Shown: positions 29,699-39,827, numbered from the stretch's first letter. The stretch: 64,000 nucleotides of DNA from an uncultured Amylibacter sp. (GCA_947497475.1 CANMGS010000001.1:1197747-1261746); one strand, 5' to 3'. Translations and numbers: made by a program. Notes: generated by a model from the sequence alone, not told the origin.

Positions 29699-30376
29699 GT
29701 GCTGCATTTACAGGAAGCAGGGTTTAGCTACGGCGGGCGCGAGATATTATCGGGTGTAAATCTGGACGTCGCCCCAGGTAGCTTTTATTTCTTAACAGGC
29801 CCTTCTGGGGCAGGCAAAACAACGTTTTTACGCCTTTGTTATCAGGCTTTAATGCCGACAAAGGGTGTTGTGCGCATTCTGGATCGTGACGTGCGTGGGT
29901 TGCACCGCGAAGATATCGCTCAAATTCGCCGTCGTATTGGTGTAGTACACCAAGATTGCCAATTTGTAGACCATATGAATATGGAGGATAATATTCGTAT
30001 GCCGCTACAAGTTTCTGGTCGAAATACAGAATTAGACGACAGAAGTTTCCAAGATTTGATTTCATGGGTGGGCTTATCGGCCCATATGAGCGCATTGCCG
30101 CCTGAACTGTCCAGTGGCGAACGTCAGCGTGCTGCATTGGCGCGTGCGGTTGTGATGTCTCCTGATCTGATTCTGGCGGATGAACCTACGGGTAATTTGG
30201 ATTGGGAAATGGCACAGAAAATCCTGACGCTTCTGATCGAGTTGAACAAGATGGGTAAGACGGTGATTGTTGCGACCCATGATTTGCAATTGATCCGCAC
30301 CGCAAAATCCAAAGTGGCTGCACGTGTGCTGCGACTTGCGAATAACAATATACAATTGGCGGGGGCAGATCTGTGA
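29699..30376 (+). CDS. ftsE: Cell-division ATP-binding protein FtsE
   Basis: 225 aa. Walker A GPSGAGKTT, ABC signature LSSGERQR, Walker B LILADEPT. GTG start. Confidence 0.9.
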   Translation: MLHLQEAGFSYGGREILSGVNLDVAPGSFYFLTGPSGAGKTTFLRLCYQALMPTKGVVRILDRDVRGLHREDIAQIRRRIGVVHQDCQFVDHMNMEDNIRMPLQVSGRNTELDDRSFQDLISWVGLSAHMSALPPELSSGERQRAALARAVVMSPDLILADEPTGNLDWEMAQKILTLLIELNKMGKTVIVATHDLQLIRTAKSKVAARVLRLANNNIQLAGADL

Positions 30377-31287
30377 ACCGTTTCAGTGCCTTGATCAACA
30401 ATATCCGCGACCTGTTACAGGGTGATCTGACTGCTGACAGTGTTGTGCCGCCATCTGGATATACTGCTAACCTGACAACCTTTACCGCTGGCGCCATGGC
30501 ATTTTTGGCTGTGTTTGCATTGGCTTTGTCATTGGCAACTGGTCGTTTGGCGGATCGCTGGTCGGATGAATTGGCACGTACAACAACCATCCGTATTTCT
30601 GCACCAGAAGGTCAGATGCAGGCACAGTTGGATGCTGTCATCAATGTCCTAAACACAACGTCTGGAATTGAATCATCAAGTGTGATGTCAGATGATGCAC
30701 AACGTCGTCTGCTGGAACCTTGGTTCGGGCCTGACTTACCACTCGAAACATTACCTATTCCACGTTTGGTGGAAGTGATCGAAAAAGATGACGGGCCAGA
30801 TATGGAAGGCCTGCGTTTACGATTAAGTGCCGAAGCGCCTGGTGCTGTTTTGGATGACCATACACGTTGGCGCCGCCCGTTGGTGAATGCGGCACAGCGA
30901 TTGCGGTCTTTGGGGACGTTTTCAATCTTGCTGATCATGGGAGCAACTGCTGCGATGATTACACTGGCTGCACAATCTGCATTGGCTGCGAACGGTCAGG
31001 TGATATCTGTGCTGCGTTTGGTTGGGGCACGCGATGTCTATATCGCACGTGCTTTTGTAAGACGCTTCACTGTACGCGCTTTACTGGGTGCTGCAATCGG
31101 CACAGGTTTAGGCATGACTGCGATGGTATTTCTGCCTTCGGCAGCAGAAGAAGGCGCATTTTTAACTGGGTTGGGCTTTCAGGGGTGGCATTGGCTTATC
31201 CCTGCGTTGATCCCACCATTGGCGGCGATTGTTGCATTTTGGGCGACACGCGGTGCAGCATTACGAGCATTAGCAAGGATTTCTTAA
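30373..31287 (+). CDS. ftsX: FtsX-like cell-division permease
   Basis: 304 aa. 4-nt overlap with ftsE. One N-terminal TM, a periplasmic loop, and three C-terminal TM helices. Confidence 0.8.
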   Translation: MNRFSALINNIRDLLQGDLTADSVVPPSGYTANLTTFTAGAMAFLAVFALALSLATGRLADRWSDELARTTTIRISAPEGQMQAQLDAVINVLNTTSGIESSSVMSDDAQRRLLEPWFGPDLPLETLPIPRLVEVIEKDDGPDMEGLRLRLSAEAPGAVLDDHTRWRRPLVNAAQRLRSLGTFSILLIMGATAAMITLAAQSALAANGQVISVLRLVGARDVYIARAFVRRFTVRALLGAAIGTGLGMTAMVFLPSAAEEGAFLTGLGFQGWHWLIPALIPPLAAIVAFWATRGAALRALARIS

Positions 31288-31288
31288 G

Positions 31289-32023
31289 ATGCGTTTAATT
31301 TGGCAATATATATGCTCGGTAACATTCATTGTTCTGATGTATGTTTGGATGTTGGTACTTGGGCTCATAGGGGCAATTCCTGCAGCTTTTTCTGCAAAAT
31401 CCGCGGGATATTTTCTAAAACTTTATAGCAAAAATATTCTTTGGTTGGTGCGTGTGATGTGTGGGATCACATATGAAGTGCGCGGTGAAGTGCCAACGGA
31501 TGATGTTGTGATTGCATCTAAACACCAATCGTTTTTGGATGTGATTATGCATACGGCTTTATCGCCACGTGTGAACTTCGTAATGAAGCAAGAATTGCGC
31601 TGGGCGCCGATCCTTGGGTTCTATGCGATGCGCATAGGGGCGGCACCTGTGAAACGTGGTGCGAAATCCAAAGCTGTTAATCAGATGATGAAAGGTGTGG
31701 ATGCACAGTTCAAAGATCCAAAGCAATTGGTGATTTACCCACAAGGAACGCGCGTGGCACCAGGAAAACACCTACCTTATAAAGTGGGTGCTGCTGTGAT
31801 TGCGGAACGCCAAGGTAAGCCATGTATTCCTGTTGCGACCAATGCTGGTGTTTTATGGCCAAAGCATGGGTTGTTGCGAAAGCGGGGCAATGTGGTGATT
31901 GAGTATTTAGAACGCATGCCCAAAGGGTTGTCTGTGGAAGATTTCACCAAAGAATTAGAAGCGCGCATTGAACCTGCATCGAATGCGTTGATGGCGGAAG
32001 CTGGATTTGTAAAAAAGGATTAG
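31289..32023 (+). CDS. plsC: 1-acyl-sn-glycerol-3-phosphate acyltransferase
   Basis: 244 aa. HX4D motif (SKHQSFLD) and a PQGTR block. Confidence 0.85.
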   Translation: MRLIWQYICSVTFIVLMYVWMLVLGLIGAIPAAFSAKSAGYFLKLYSKNILWLVRVMCGITYEVRGEVPTDDVVIASKHQSFLDVIMHTALSPRVNFVMKQELRWAPILGFYAMRIGAAPVKRGAKSKAVNQMMKGVDAQFKDPKQLVIYPQGTRVAPGKHLPYKVGAAVIAERQGKPCIPVATNAGVLWPKHGLLRKRGNVVIEYLERMPKGLSVEDFTKELEARIEPASNALMAEAGFVKKD

Positions 32024-32027
32024 CGAC

Positions 32028-32636
32028 ATGACTGTGATCAAAACGGTAGCTGAGATTGAGGCCATTTATGGCAAACCGAAAGCACCGTCATTGGTTAAAG
32101 TCGCTGATCACATCACCCCTGAATATCGTAAATGGATTGCTTCCAGTAACTTCTGTGCTTTGGCGACAGTTGGGCCAGAAGGTGTGGATGCGTCACCACG
32201 CGGTGATGAGGGTGAAGTTGTTTTTGAGCTGGATGAGAAAACACTGGCGATGCCTGATCGCAGGGGTAACAACCGTATGGACAGTTTGCGCAATATCGTG
32301 CGCGACGGGCGTGTTGCATTGATGTTGCTGACCAAAGGGTCAAGTACGGTTACGCGGATCAATGGACGTGCAGAGGTATCTATTGATCCTGCGTTAATAG
32401 ATCGGTTCATGATGAAGGGCCAAGCACCGCGATCTGTGATCGTTATTCATATCGAGGAAATTTATTTCCAATGCGCGCGTGCTGTGATGCGGGCTGGTTT
32501 ATGGGATAATGATAAATGGCCTGATATTAGTGACCTGCCAACGGCTGGGGATATTTTGAAGGCGCAGACAGGTGATTTTGATGGCGAGACGTATGATAAG
32601 GAATGGCCTGAAAAGGCAAAAACAACCATGTGGTAA
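32028..32636 (+). CDS. Pyridoxamine 5'-phosphate oxidase-family (PPOX-type) FMN-binding protein
   Basis: 202 aa. ...ATVGPEGVDASPRGD...MPDRRGNNRMDSLRNI... is typical of the MSMEG_1061-like PPOX class. Confidence 0.75.
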   Translation: MTVIKTVAEIEAIYGKPKAPSLVKVADHITPEYRKWIASSNFCALATVGPEGVDASPRGDEGEVVFELDEKTLAMPDRRGNNRMDSLRNIVRDGRVALMLLTKGSSTVTRINGRAEVSIDPALIDRFMMKGQAPRSVIVIHIEEIYFQCARAVMRAGLWDNDKWPDISDLPTAGDILKAQTGDFDGETYDKEWPEKAKTTMW

Positions 32637-32647
32637 TGGTTGTTTTT
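32618..32647. terminator. AT-rich hairpin spanning the PPOX stop codon (weak bidirectional terminator candidate)
   Basis: Perfect 12-bp stem AAAAACAACCAT / ATGGTTGTTTTT with a 6-nt loop. Only 3 G-C pairs. Confidence 0.35.
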
Positions 32648-32669
32648 ATTTAGAGTGTATCGATACGTA

Positions 32670-33530
32670 TTAGTACTCGCTGACTGCTTTTCTAAACAGG
32701 TGCCATGTTGCGTGACCGATGATTGGCATTACGAATACCAGACCAAGCAAAGCTGGGATTGAGCCAAGGATTAATGCGGCTGCAACGATCATGCCCCATG
32801 TTGCAATTGTACGTGGGTTCTTCAATGTTAAAGCAATGGATATTTTCACCGCAGAGCGAACGCTGATTTTACGATCCAAAAGCAATGGGAAAGATACAAC
32901 GCTTGTTGCTAAAACCACTGCCGCAAAGATAAAGCCAACGCTGATGCCAGTGGCTATCATGGCCCAACCTGCAGGTGTAGTAAGAGCTTCTGTTAGGAAT
33001 GCAGTTGTTGATACAGGGAACTCTGGGCCCATAGTTTGTGCATAAATGAATGTTGATGCGTTCAACCACCCTATGAATGCCAATGTGTGAAACAGACCAA
33101 GAATGAAAATGGCCATGATGCGTGAAGATTTGATCACATCAAATAATACCAGCCAGTTGGCATGTTCACCCTGTTCACGGCGGCGACTCATTTCATACAG
33201 GCCGACGGCTGCGAAAGGACCGATTAATGCAAAGCCTGATAGGATTGGGAAAACCAGCTGGGGTACATTGCCATTTAAGGTGGCCCAGACCATCAATGCG
33301 CCAATCACAGGGTATAGCAGGCTTGCGAACAAGACATCTGTGCGAAAAGCTTTGAAATCTTCGTAACCTTCTTTCAGCGCGCTTTTCAGATCATCGGTTG
33401 TGATCTCGCGCACTTTTGGCATGCTATCATTTTGGGAGCTCAGCGTATCTGGAATGTTAGATACATGTTGAAAAGTTGTACTTAACGCATTTGCAAAGTA
33501 TGAAATTGGGTTTCCTATTATGTTTGCCAT
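32670..33530 (-). CDS. DUF2189-like integral membrane protein
   Basis: 286 aa. The N-terminal soluble segment ends ...ITTDDLKSALKEGYEDFKAFRTDV and is followed by about 6 TM helices. Confidence 0.65.
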   Translation of the reverse strand: MANIIGNPISYFANALSTTFQHVSNIPDTLSSQNDSMPKVREITTDDLKSALKEGYEDFKAFRTDVLFASLLYPVIGALMVWATLNGNVPQLVFPILSGFALIGPFAAVGLYEMSRRREQGEHANWLVLFDVIKSSRIMAIFILGLFHTLAFIGWLNASTFIYAQTMGPEFPVSTTAFLTEALTTPAGWAMIATGISVGFIFAAVVLATSVVSFPLLLDRKISVRSAVKISIALTLKNPRTIATWGMIVAAALILGSIPALLGLVFVMPIIGHATWHLFRKAVSEY

Positions 33531-33672
33531 TTGGGCCTCCTATACGTCTTGTCATCTATGGCCCTTGACGGTGTGTCTGTGCCACTTGGGTATAATCAGA
33601 ATAGGATGAATAGGGATAACATGCTGCTCACAAGCTTGCTGGGTTTTTGTAACATAAAACGAAAAAAGCGCC

Positions 33673-33700
33673 ATAAAACCCTTATTTTTCAGGGTTTCAC
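33673..33700 (-). terminator. Candidate terminator downstream of accA
   Basis: The minus strand reads GAAACCCT-GAAAAATA-AGGGTTTT, followed by ATGGCGCTTTTTT. Confidence 0.4.
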
Positions 33701-33756
33701 GAGCGATTAGAAAACTTAGTTACGTTAGGTTAGGTGACTAAAAAGGGGTGCGATTT

Positions 33757-34722
33757 TTACGCAACCAGTGATTTACTACCTAGATCTAAAAACTTTTTGC
33801 GACGAGCCGTGATCAGATCTTTGCCTGATGTTTTGCCCAATTCTTTTAGAAGTTTTTCAATTGCAGAACGCACATTTTCCAGTGTTGCTTCTTTATCGCG
33901 TTGGGCACCGCCAACAGGCTCATCAACGATCACATCAGCAACGCCAAGTTTTTTCAAATCTTGGGCTGTCAGGCGCAATGCTTCTGCGGCTTCGCGCATT
34001 TTTTCTGCATCTTTCCAAAGGATAGACGCACAGCCTTCTGGCGAGATCACGGAATATACAGAGTGCTCTAGCATCACCAAACGGTCAGCGGATGCGAATG
34101 CAACAGCACCACCAGAACCACCTTCGCCGATGATGATAGAAATCAATGGAACGCCCACTTGCAGACATTTTTCTGTTGAACGTGCAATTGCTTCTGATTG
34201 CCCGCGTTCTTCGGCACCTTTACCTGGAAATGCACCTGGTGTGTCCACAAGTGTGATGATTGGCAGGCCAAAACGATCAGCCATTTCCATCAAACGGATG
34301 GCTTTGCGGTAGCCTTCTGGGCGCGCCATGCCAAAGTTGTGGTGAAGACGTGAATTTGTGTCTTTGCCTTTTTCATGACCGATAACTACAACAGGCTGAT
34401 CACCAAAACGGGCCAAGCCGCCCATAACAGCACTGTCGTCAGCAAAGTTACGGTCACCCGCAAGTGGTGTATATTCTGTGAAAAGCGCATTGATGTAATC
34501 AGAGCAATGCGGGCGATCCGCATGACGTGCCACTTGGCATTTGCGCCACGGTGTTAGGTCTTTGTAAAGATCGGCCAGCATTTTATCTGCTTTTTTGTCC
34601 AAAGCAGCAGCTTCTTTTTCAACGTCTACATTATCTTCGCTTTGTTCTGCCATAGCGCGTAATTCTGCAGCTTTGCCTTCGATTTCGGCTAATGGTTTTT
34701 CAAATTCAAGATAGTTTTTCAT
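33757..34722 (-). CDS. accA: Acetyl-CoA carboxylase carboxyltransferase alpha subunit
   Basis: [17 protein letters not shown]... matches the usual AccA N-terminus. The ORF-track start at 34752 adds 10 residues and is the alternative. Confidence 0.93.
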   Translation of the reverse strand: MKNYLEFEKPLAEIEGKAAELRAMAEQSEDNVDVEKEAAALDKKADKMLADLYKDLTPWRKCQVARHADRPHCSDYINALFTEYTPLAGDRNFADDSAVMGGLARFGDQPVVVIGHEKGKDTNSRLHHNFGMARPEGYRKAIRLMEMADRFGLPIITLVDTPGAFPGKGAEERGQSEAIARSTEKCLQVGVPLISIIIGEGGSGGAVAFASADRLVMLEHSVYSVISPEGCASILWKDAEKMREAAEALRLTAQDLKKLGVADVIVDEPVGGAQRDKEATLENVRSAIEKLLKELGKTSGKDLITARRKKFLDLGSKSLVA

Positions 34723-34788
34723 GTGTACATCTTTGCTTGTGTAATCGTTCATCCATATATGGCGAAGCCGCAGATGAATTGCAACGCT

Positions 34789-35325
34789 TTAAGGGCGGAT
34801 TTCGATAGGCGTTCCGATTGGTACAGCATCCCAAAGTTCGCGCATTTCCACATTGGAAACAGCAATACACCCCGCTGTCCAATCCCCTGTCAGCGTCAAC
34901 TTATCCAACAGGCGGTTGGGTTGCCCATGGATAAATATATCACCGCCCGGATCATAGTTGCCTTCACGTGCGCGTTCTAAATCTTCGGGTAAAGGGTAAT
35001 TCAGGCCAAGTGATAATGTGTAACTGCTTTGTGGATTGCGGCGGTTGATTTTATACAAACCCTCTGGGGTTTTCCCATCACCCTGCTTGACCTTGTCGCC
35101 GCTTGGGGCAAAGCCAAGGGAAATTGGGTATTCGCGCACAGGTTTCCCCGATTGATAAACAGTCATCACCCGTTTGTCTTTTTCCACAAGAATATGATCG
35201 ATCTGTCCAATGATGGGTGCTTTCGAGTCCTCTGGTGGGATAACAGGTGCAACGGGATATTTCACCCACATCCAAATGCCACATAATATGGCAATCAGGA
35301 TGAGGATGGTTATGAGTTTGCGCAT
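34789..35325 (-). CDS. L,D-transpeptidase (YkuD-domain) protein
   Basis: 178 aa. N-terminal TM or signal anchor. Catalytic motif IHG...TAGCIAVSN. Confidence 0.85.
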   Translation of the reverse strand: MRKLITILILIAILCGIWMWVKYPVAPVIPPEDSKAPIIGQIDHILVEKDKRVMTVYQSGKPVREYPISLGFAPSGDKVKQGDGKTPEGLYKINRRNPQSSYTLSLGLNYPLPEDLERAREGNYDPGGDIFIHGQPNRLLDKLTLTGDWTAGCIAVSNVEMRELWDAVPIGTPIEIRP

Positions 35326-35334
35326 GGGGATGTG

Positions 35335-36504
35335 TTATTGCAGATCAGAAAACGCTTTTTGCAGGCGTGTAACGGCCTCTTCGACCATGCTGCGCGGGCA
35401 AGCGATATTGAAGCGTAGGAAGTCATCGCCGCCAGAGCCAAATGTTGGGCCACTGTTCACGGCGATCTTGGCCTCTTTCATAACGCGGTTGGTGAATTCT
35501 TGGCGGCTCATGCCTGTGCCAGAAAAATCCACCCATGCCAGATATGTTGCTTCTAGATTGATTGATTTCAGACCAGGAATTGCATTTACGCCTTCGTCAA
35601 AGATACGTTTGTTGCCTTCAAGGTATTCGATCAATGCATCCAGCCATTCTTCGCCGCCATTATAAGCGGCTTCTGCCATGAACAGACCAAAGCTGTTTGG
35701 GGATGTGCCCGTTGCCCCCATAGTTTGGGCGAATTTTGCGCGCAAATCTGGGTCTTGGATAATTACATTCCCAATATGGCTGCCTGCGATATTAAAGGTT
35801 TTGGTCGTCGCCGTCATCATCACCAAACGATCGATGATTTCAGGCACTGCGTTTGGCATCGGAATGTGCTTGTTGCCAGAGAAAACCAAATCGTGGTGAA
35901 TCTCATCTGACACAAGGATCAGGTCATGTTTCACACAGAAATCTGCAAGCTGTTGCAATTCGGATTGTGTCCAAACACGACCATTTGGGTTGTGTGGTGA
36001 ACACAAGATGACCATTTTTTCTTTACCCGTAAGCTGTTGCTCGTAGGCGTCGAAATCCATTTCATAGCGGCCATCATTGTTCTTCAGAACGCATTCATTC
36101 ACGGTACGACCAGCTGCAGCAATCACGCGGGCAAAGGCATGATAAACTGGGGTGAACAGAATGATTGAATCGCCAGGATCTGTGAACGTTTGCACACATA
36201 AACCTGTGCCATTAACCAAGCCATGGGTCGAGAAAATCCAGTCTGGTTCTACATGCCAATTGTGACGGCGTTTCATCCAGCTGCAAATGGCATTCAGGTA
36301 ATCACCTTCTTCACCATAATAGCCCATGATGCCATGATCAGTCATTTTGGTGATGGCATCCAAAACAGATTGAGGTGGCTTGAAATCCATATCGGCAACC
36401 CACATCGACAAACCATCATCAGGACTGACACCAAAGAGGCGTTCCATTGAATCCCATTTGTTTGAATGTGTGCCGCGGCGGTCGATGATTTCGTCAAAAT
36501 TCAT
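35335..36504 (-). CDS. MalY/PatB-family PLP-dependent C-S lyase (cystathionine beta-lyase-like)
   Basis: 389 aa. MNFDEIIDRRGTHSNKWD start, ...CSPHNPNGRVW..., and TKTFNIAG (PLP lysine). Confidence 0.85.
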   Translation of the reverse strand: MNFDEIIDRRGTHSNKWDSMERLFGVSPDDGLSMWVADMDFKPPQSVLDAITKMTDHGIMGYYGEEGDYLNAICSWMKRRHNWHVEPDWIFSTHGLVNGTGLCVQTFTDPGDSIILFTPVYHAFARVIAAAGRTVNECVLKNNDGRYEMDFDAYEQQLTGKEKMVILCSPHNPNGRVWTQSELQQLADFCVKHDLILVSDEIHHDLVFSGNKHIPMPNAVPEIIDRLVMMTATTKTFNIAGSHIGNVIIQDPDLRAKFAQTMGATGTSPNSFGLFMAEAAYNGGEEWLDALIEYLEGNKRIFDEGVNAIPGLKSINLEATYLAWVDFSGTGMSRQEFTNRVMKEAKIAVNSGPTFGSGGDDFLRFNIACPRSMVEEAVTRLQKAFSDLQ

Positions 36505-36627
36505 GTGGGTTCTCCTTTGTGTGGGAGCTTATCCAATGCTTGGGCAGGGGCAAGCGCGATTTTGTACCAATTTTGCGGTACAATGAAGGTTCTTGAACCT
36601 ATGCCCTGTTTCGCATAAATCGCTGGT

Positions 36628-37143
36628 ATGATTTTACCAATCCTCATACACCCCGACCCCCGCTTGAAAAAGCTGTGCGACCCTTTTGATGGGGTTGATG
36701 ATGATGCGCGTGCTATGGCTGATGCGATGTTGGAAACGATGTATGACGCACCGGGGGTTGGGTTGGCTGCCCCGCAGATTGGCAAAACTATGCGGTTGTT
36801 CGTGATGGATTGCGCCCGTGATGGCGAAGATCCTAATCCGATGGCTTTGTTTAATCCCGTTGTCACATGGACAAGCGAAGAGACGAATGTGCATGAAGAG
36901 GGCTGTTTGTCTATTCCAGGGCAGTTCGAAGATGTAACGCGCCCTGCGGAAGTGAAAGTCGGTTTCATCGATAAAGATGGTAACGAACAAGAAGAGTATT
37001 TTGATGGCTTATGGGCGACATGTGCGCAGCATGAGATTGATCACTTGAATGGTATATTATTCGTGGATCACCTAAGCCGTATGAAGCGGAATATGATTAC
37101 CAAAAAAATGCAAAAACTTAAAAAAGAATTGGCTGCGGGTTAA
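36628..37143 (+). CDS. def: Peptide deformylase
   Basis: 171 aa with all three PDF motifs: GVGLAAPQIG, EGCLSIPG, QHEIDHLNG. Confidence 0.95.
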   Translation: MILPILIHPDPRLKKLCDPFDGVDDDARAMADAMLETMYDAPGVGLAAPQIGKTMRLFVMDCARDGEDPNPMALFNPVVTWTSEETNVHEEGCLSIPGQFEDVTRPAEVKVGFIDKDGNEQEEYFDGLWATCAQHEIDHLNGILFVDHLSRMKRNMITKKMQKLKKELAAG

Positions 37144-37649
37144 TGGCAAAGCGCCCGTTCCTTGCCTATCCTGATAAGCGGCTAAAGACGGCCTGTACGC
37201 CAGTCGGCGCAATTACAGATGACGTGAAAACCATTTGGCAAGATATGCTGGACAGCATGTATGCCATGCCAGGTGTTGGATTGGGTGCCAACCAAATCGG
37301 CGAAAGCTTGGCCTTGGCCGTTGTGGATTGTTCCGAAAATTATGACAAACCTGTGCGTATGGCGAACCCAAAGATCTTGCACGCCTCTGCCAAGATGCGT
37401 ACCCATGAAGAGGGCAGCCCGAACCTGCCAGGTGTCTGGGCTAAATTGGATCGCCCACGTGCTGTGACGGTTGAGTATATGGATGAACATGGTGCGATTG
37501 TTGAAAAAGACTTTGTGGGCCTTTGGTCAACATCTGTACAGCATCAAATTGATCATCTGAACGGTAAAATGTTTTTTGACCGTTTAAGTCCTGTGAAACG
37601 TAAGATGCTTTTGGCGAAAGCCGCGAAACAAGCAAAACGGAAGGGATAA
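37143..37649 (+). CDS. Peptide-deformylase-like paralog with degenerate active site (predicted non-catalytic)
   Basis: 168 aa. Clear PDF fold similarity, but the motifs read GVGLGANQIG, EGSPNLPG (Cys to Ser) and QHQIDHLNG (Glu to Gln). The ATG overlaps the def TAA (TAATG). Confidence 0.8.
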   Translation: MAKRPFLAYPDKRLKTACTPVGAITDDVKTIWQDMLDSMYAMPGVGLGANQIGESLALAVVDCSENYDKPVRMANPKILHASAKMRTHEEGSPNLPGVWAKLDRPRAVTVEYMDEHGAIVEKDFVGLWSTSVQHQIDHLNGKMFFDRLSPVKRKMLLAKAAKQAKRKG

Positions 37650-37652
37650 GTC

Positions 37653-38561
37653 ATGCGTGTTGTCTTTATGGGAACCCCAGATTTTTCTGTACCGGTTTTG
37701 GACGCTTTGGTGAAAGCTGGGCATGAAATTGTGAGCGTTTACAGCCAACCACCACGCCCAGCGGGTCGGGGTAAAAAGGAACGCCCATCACCCGTGCAGG
37801 CATTCGCGGAGACACTGGGGTTGTCCGTGTATCACCCGTTGAATTTCAAAGATGATACAGATGTTGCTGCGTTTGAAGCATTGAATGCAGATGTAGCCGT
37901 TGTTGTGGCTTATGGTTTGATCTTACCGCAAGTTTTGTTGGATGCGCCAAAGTTTGGGTGCCTGAATATCCACGCGTCATTACTCCCACGTTGGCGGGGT
38001 GCCGCCCCAATTCACCGCGCTATTATGGCGGGTGATGCCCAAACGGGTGTTTGTATTATGCAGATGGAAGCGGGGCTGGATACGGGGCCAGTTTTACTAC
38101 GGGATGAAACGGATATTGTGGCGTCTGATACAACGCTGGTTTTGCATGACCGTTTGGCAGATATGGGCGCGCAGTTGATTGTAAGCGCTTTGCAAGATTT
38201 GCCTGGCCTGGTGCCAGTGGTACAAAGCGACCAAGGTGTCACCTATGCCGAAAAAATTGATAAGGCCGAAGCCAAAATCGATTGGGTAGAGGATGCTGTT
38301 ACAGTCGATCGTCTGATCCGCGGTTTGTCTCCATTTCCGGGCGCTTGGTGTCAGATCGATGGACAACGTGTGAAGGTTTTGAACAGCTGCGTTACCGATG
38401 GCAGCGGTACAGCAGGCGTTGCATTAGATAGCGCACTGACTGTCGCTTGTGGAACAGGTGCAGTTCAATTGTTGCGTTTGCAGCGCGCGGGTAAAGGTGC
38501 AATGGATGCGACTGACTTTATGCGCGGACTGCCTGTCGCTAAAGGTACCCAGTTAGATTAA
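37653..38561 (+). CDS. fmt: Methionyl-tRNA formyltransferase
   Basis: 302 aa. [16 protein letters not shown] start and the [14 protein letters not shown] motif. Confidence 0.95.
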   Translation: MRVVFMGTPDFSVPVLDALVKAGHEIVSVYSQPPRPAGRGKKERPSPVQAFAETLGLSVYHPLNFKDDTDVAAFEALNADVAVVVAYGLILPQVLLDAPKFGCLNIHASLLPRWRGAAPIHRAIMAGDAQTGVCIMQMEAGLDTGPVLLRDETDIVASDTTLVLHDRLADMGAQLIVSALQDLPGLVPVVQSDQGVTYAEKIDKAEAKIDWVEDAVTVDRLIRGLSPFPGAWCQIDGQRVKVLNSCVTDGSGTAGVALDSALTVACGTGAVQLLRLQRAGKGAMDATDFMRGLPVAKGTQLD

Positions 38562-39121
38562 TCAACGATCGCTTTGATCGTCACCAGGTATCCCGATAAA
38601 TTATTCCCTGCTTTGCTCAGTGCTTGGGCGCCATAATACAGTTGCAGCAAGGCTTGGGCTTGGGCCGCGGCTGTTTCTGTGGTTTTGCCTGCGTCCTCTA
38701 ACATCTCTTGCAATGTTGATGCGATAGCACCTGACATGCGTGCAGCCGCTTCTGCAATCTCTGGGTTGGTCGTTCCAAATTCAACCATTGCATTACAGAT
38801 AAAACACCCGCGTCTGCTTTCGACTGGGCCTGAATTATCGATTTGATTGAAAAGATACAGCAAACGTTCAGCAAGCGGGATGCTTTGATCTTGAGCTTTT
38901 AGATCGGTTAATAGTTTTGCGAGGTAAACATTTTCGTACCGATCAAGGGCAGCGATATACGCCAAATGCTTATCCGTGAAAGCAGCATAGAAAGACCCGC
39001 GGGACAATTCCATCGCGTTTAAAAGGTCAGGAAGGTTGGTTGATCCGTATCCTTGTTTCCAAAAAACATTGATGGCGCCGTCTATAGCCTCATCTTGGTC
39101 GAACTCTCTTGGACGTGCCAT
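38558..39121 (-). CDS. TetR/AcrR-family transcriptional regulator
   Basis: 187 aa. N-terminal HTH ([33 protein letters not shown]). Confidence 0.85.
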   Translation of the reverse strand: MARPREFDQDEAIDGAINVFWKQGYGSTNLPDLLNAMELSRGSFYAAFTDKHLAYIAALDRYENVYLAKLLTDLKAQDQSIPLAERLLYLFNQIDNSGPVESRRGCFICNAMVEFGTTNPEIAEAAARMSGAIASTLQEMLEDAGKTTETAAAQAQALLQLYYGAQALSKAGNNLSGYLVTIKAIVD

Positions 39122-39292
39122 TTGTAATCTTTCATTTACTCACGAATATGTGTTTTGTACCATTTGGTTTATAATGATACCACATCTTTAATCAGAAGGG
39201 CGATAGATATTTTCTAGACCTATCGCAGTCTCCTCTGACCTTACAATTTAATAGTTCAAACACTGGCTTTGCGCCAGAAAAGGAGAAGTAAA

Positions 39293-39766
39293 ATGAAATC
39301 ATTTATTCGTGCAGCCGTATTAGGTGCAGCAGTCGCAACTACAGCAGTAACAAGCGCATTCGCTGTTGATGAGCTAAATGTAACAGCTACTGGTTTGGCA
39401 ATGCGTGGTTATGACCCTGTGTCATATTTCAATGGCGGCCCACAAGAAGGTGCATTCAACATCACAGCTGTGCATGAAGACGCAACTTACCGTTTCGCAT
39501 CTGAGGAAAACAAGAAAACATTCTTGGCTAACCCAGAAGCATATACACCAGCATTCGGCGGCTACTGTGCATATGGTCTGTCTGTAGGTTCTAAGTTCGA
39601 TGGCGATCCAAACGTTTGGGCAATCGTTGACGACAAACTATACCTGAACCTTTCAGCTCCAGTTCAAAAACTATGGAACAAAGACCAAGCTGAGCACCTA
39701 GTAAACGGTAACGCAAACTGGGAAAAAATTGAGCACACAGCTGTAGCTGAAACTCTACCAAAATAA
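39293..39766 (+). CDS. Secreted YHS-domain-like protein
   Basis: 157 aa from the ATG at 39293, which is preceded by AAAAGGAGAAG. Signal peptide MKSFIRAAVLGAAVATTAVTSAFA. GYDPVSYF and AFGGYCAY motifs. Confidence 0.65.
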   Translation: MKSFIRAAVLGAAVATTAVTSAFAVDELNVTATGLAMRGYDPVSYFNGGPQEGAFNITAVHEDATYRFASEENKKTFLANPEAYTPAFGGYCAYGLSVGSKFDGDPNVWAIVDDKLYLNLSAPVQKLWNKDQAEHLVNGNANWEKIEHTAVAETLPK

Positions 39767-39793
39767 TACGGTCCTGTATTAACCTACTTCCTG

Positions 39794-39827
39794 AAAGGCG
39801 GTGCATATTGATATGTACCGCCTTTTT
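39794..39827 (+). terminator. Rho-independent terminator after the YHS-domain gene
   Basis: 10-bp stem GGCGGTGCAT / ATGTACCGCC (one G-U pair), 6-nt loop, then TTTTT. Confidence 0.7.

Noticed and set aside
33734-34312. A 192-aa plus-strand ORF antisense to accA. Similar long antisense ORFs occur in pckA (56061-56585), spoT (45536-46048), chvG (58117-58581), argH (23180-23578) and def (36501-36968).
   Set aside because: Each lies wholly within a confidently identified gene on the other strand. They are Ser/Arg/Pro/Ala-biased or otherwise compositionally odd, and they lack SD sequences. They are typical shadow ORFs.
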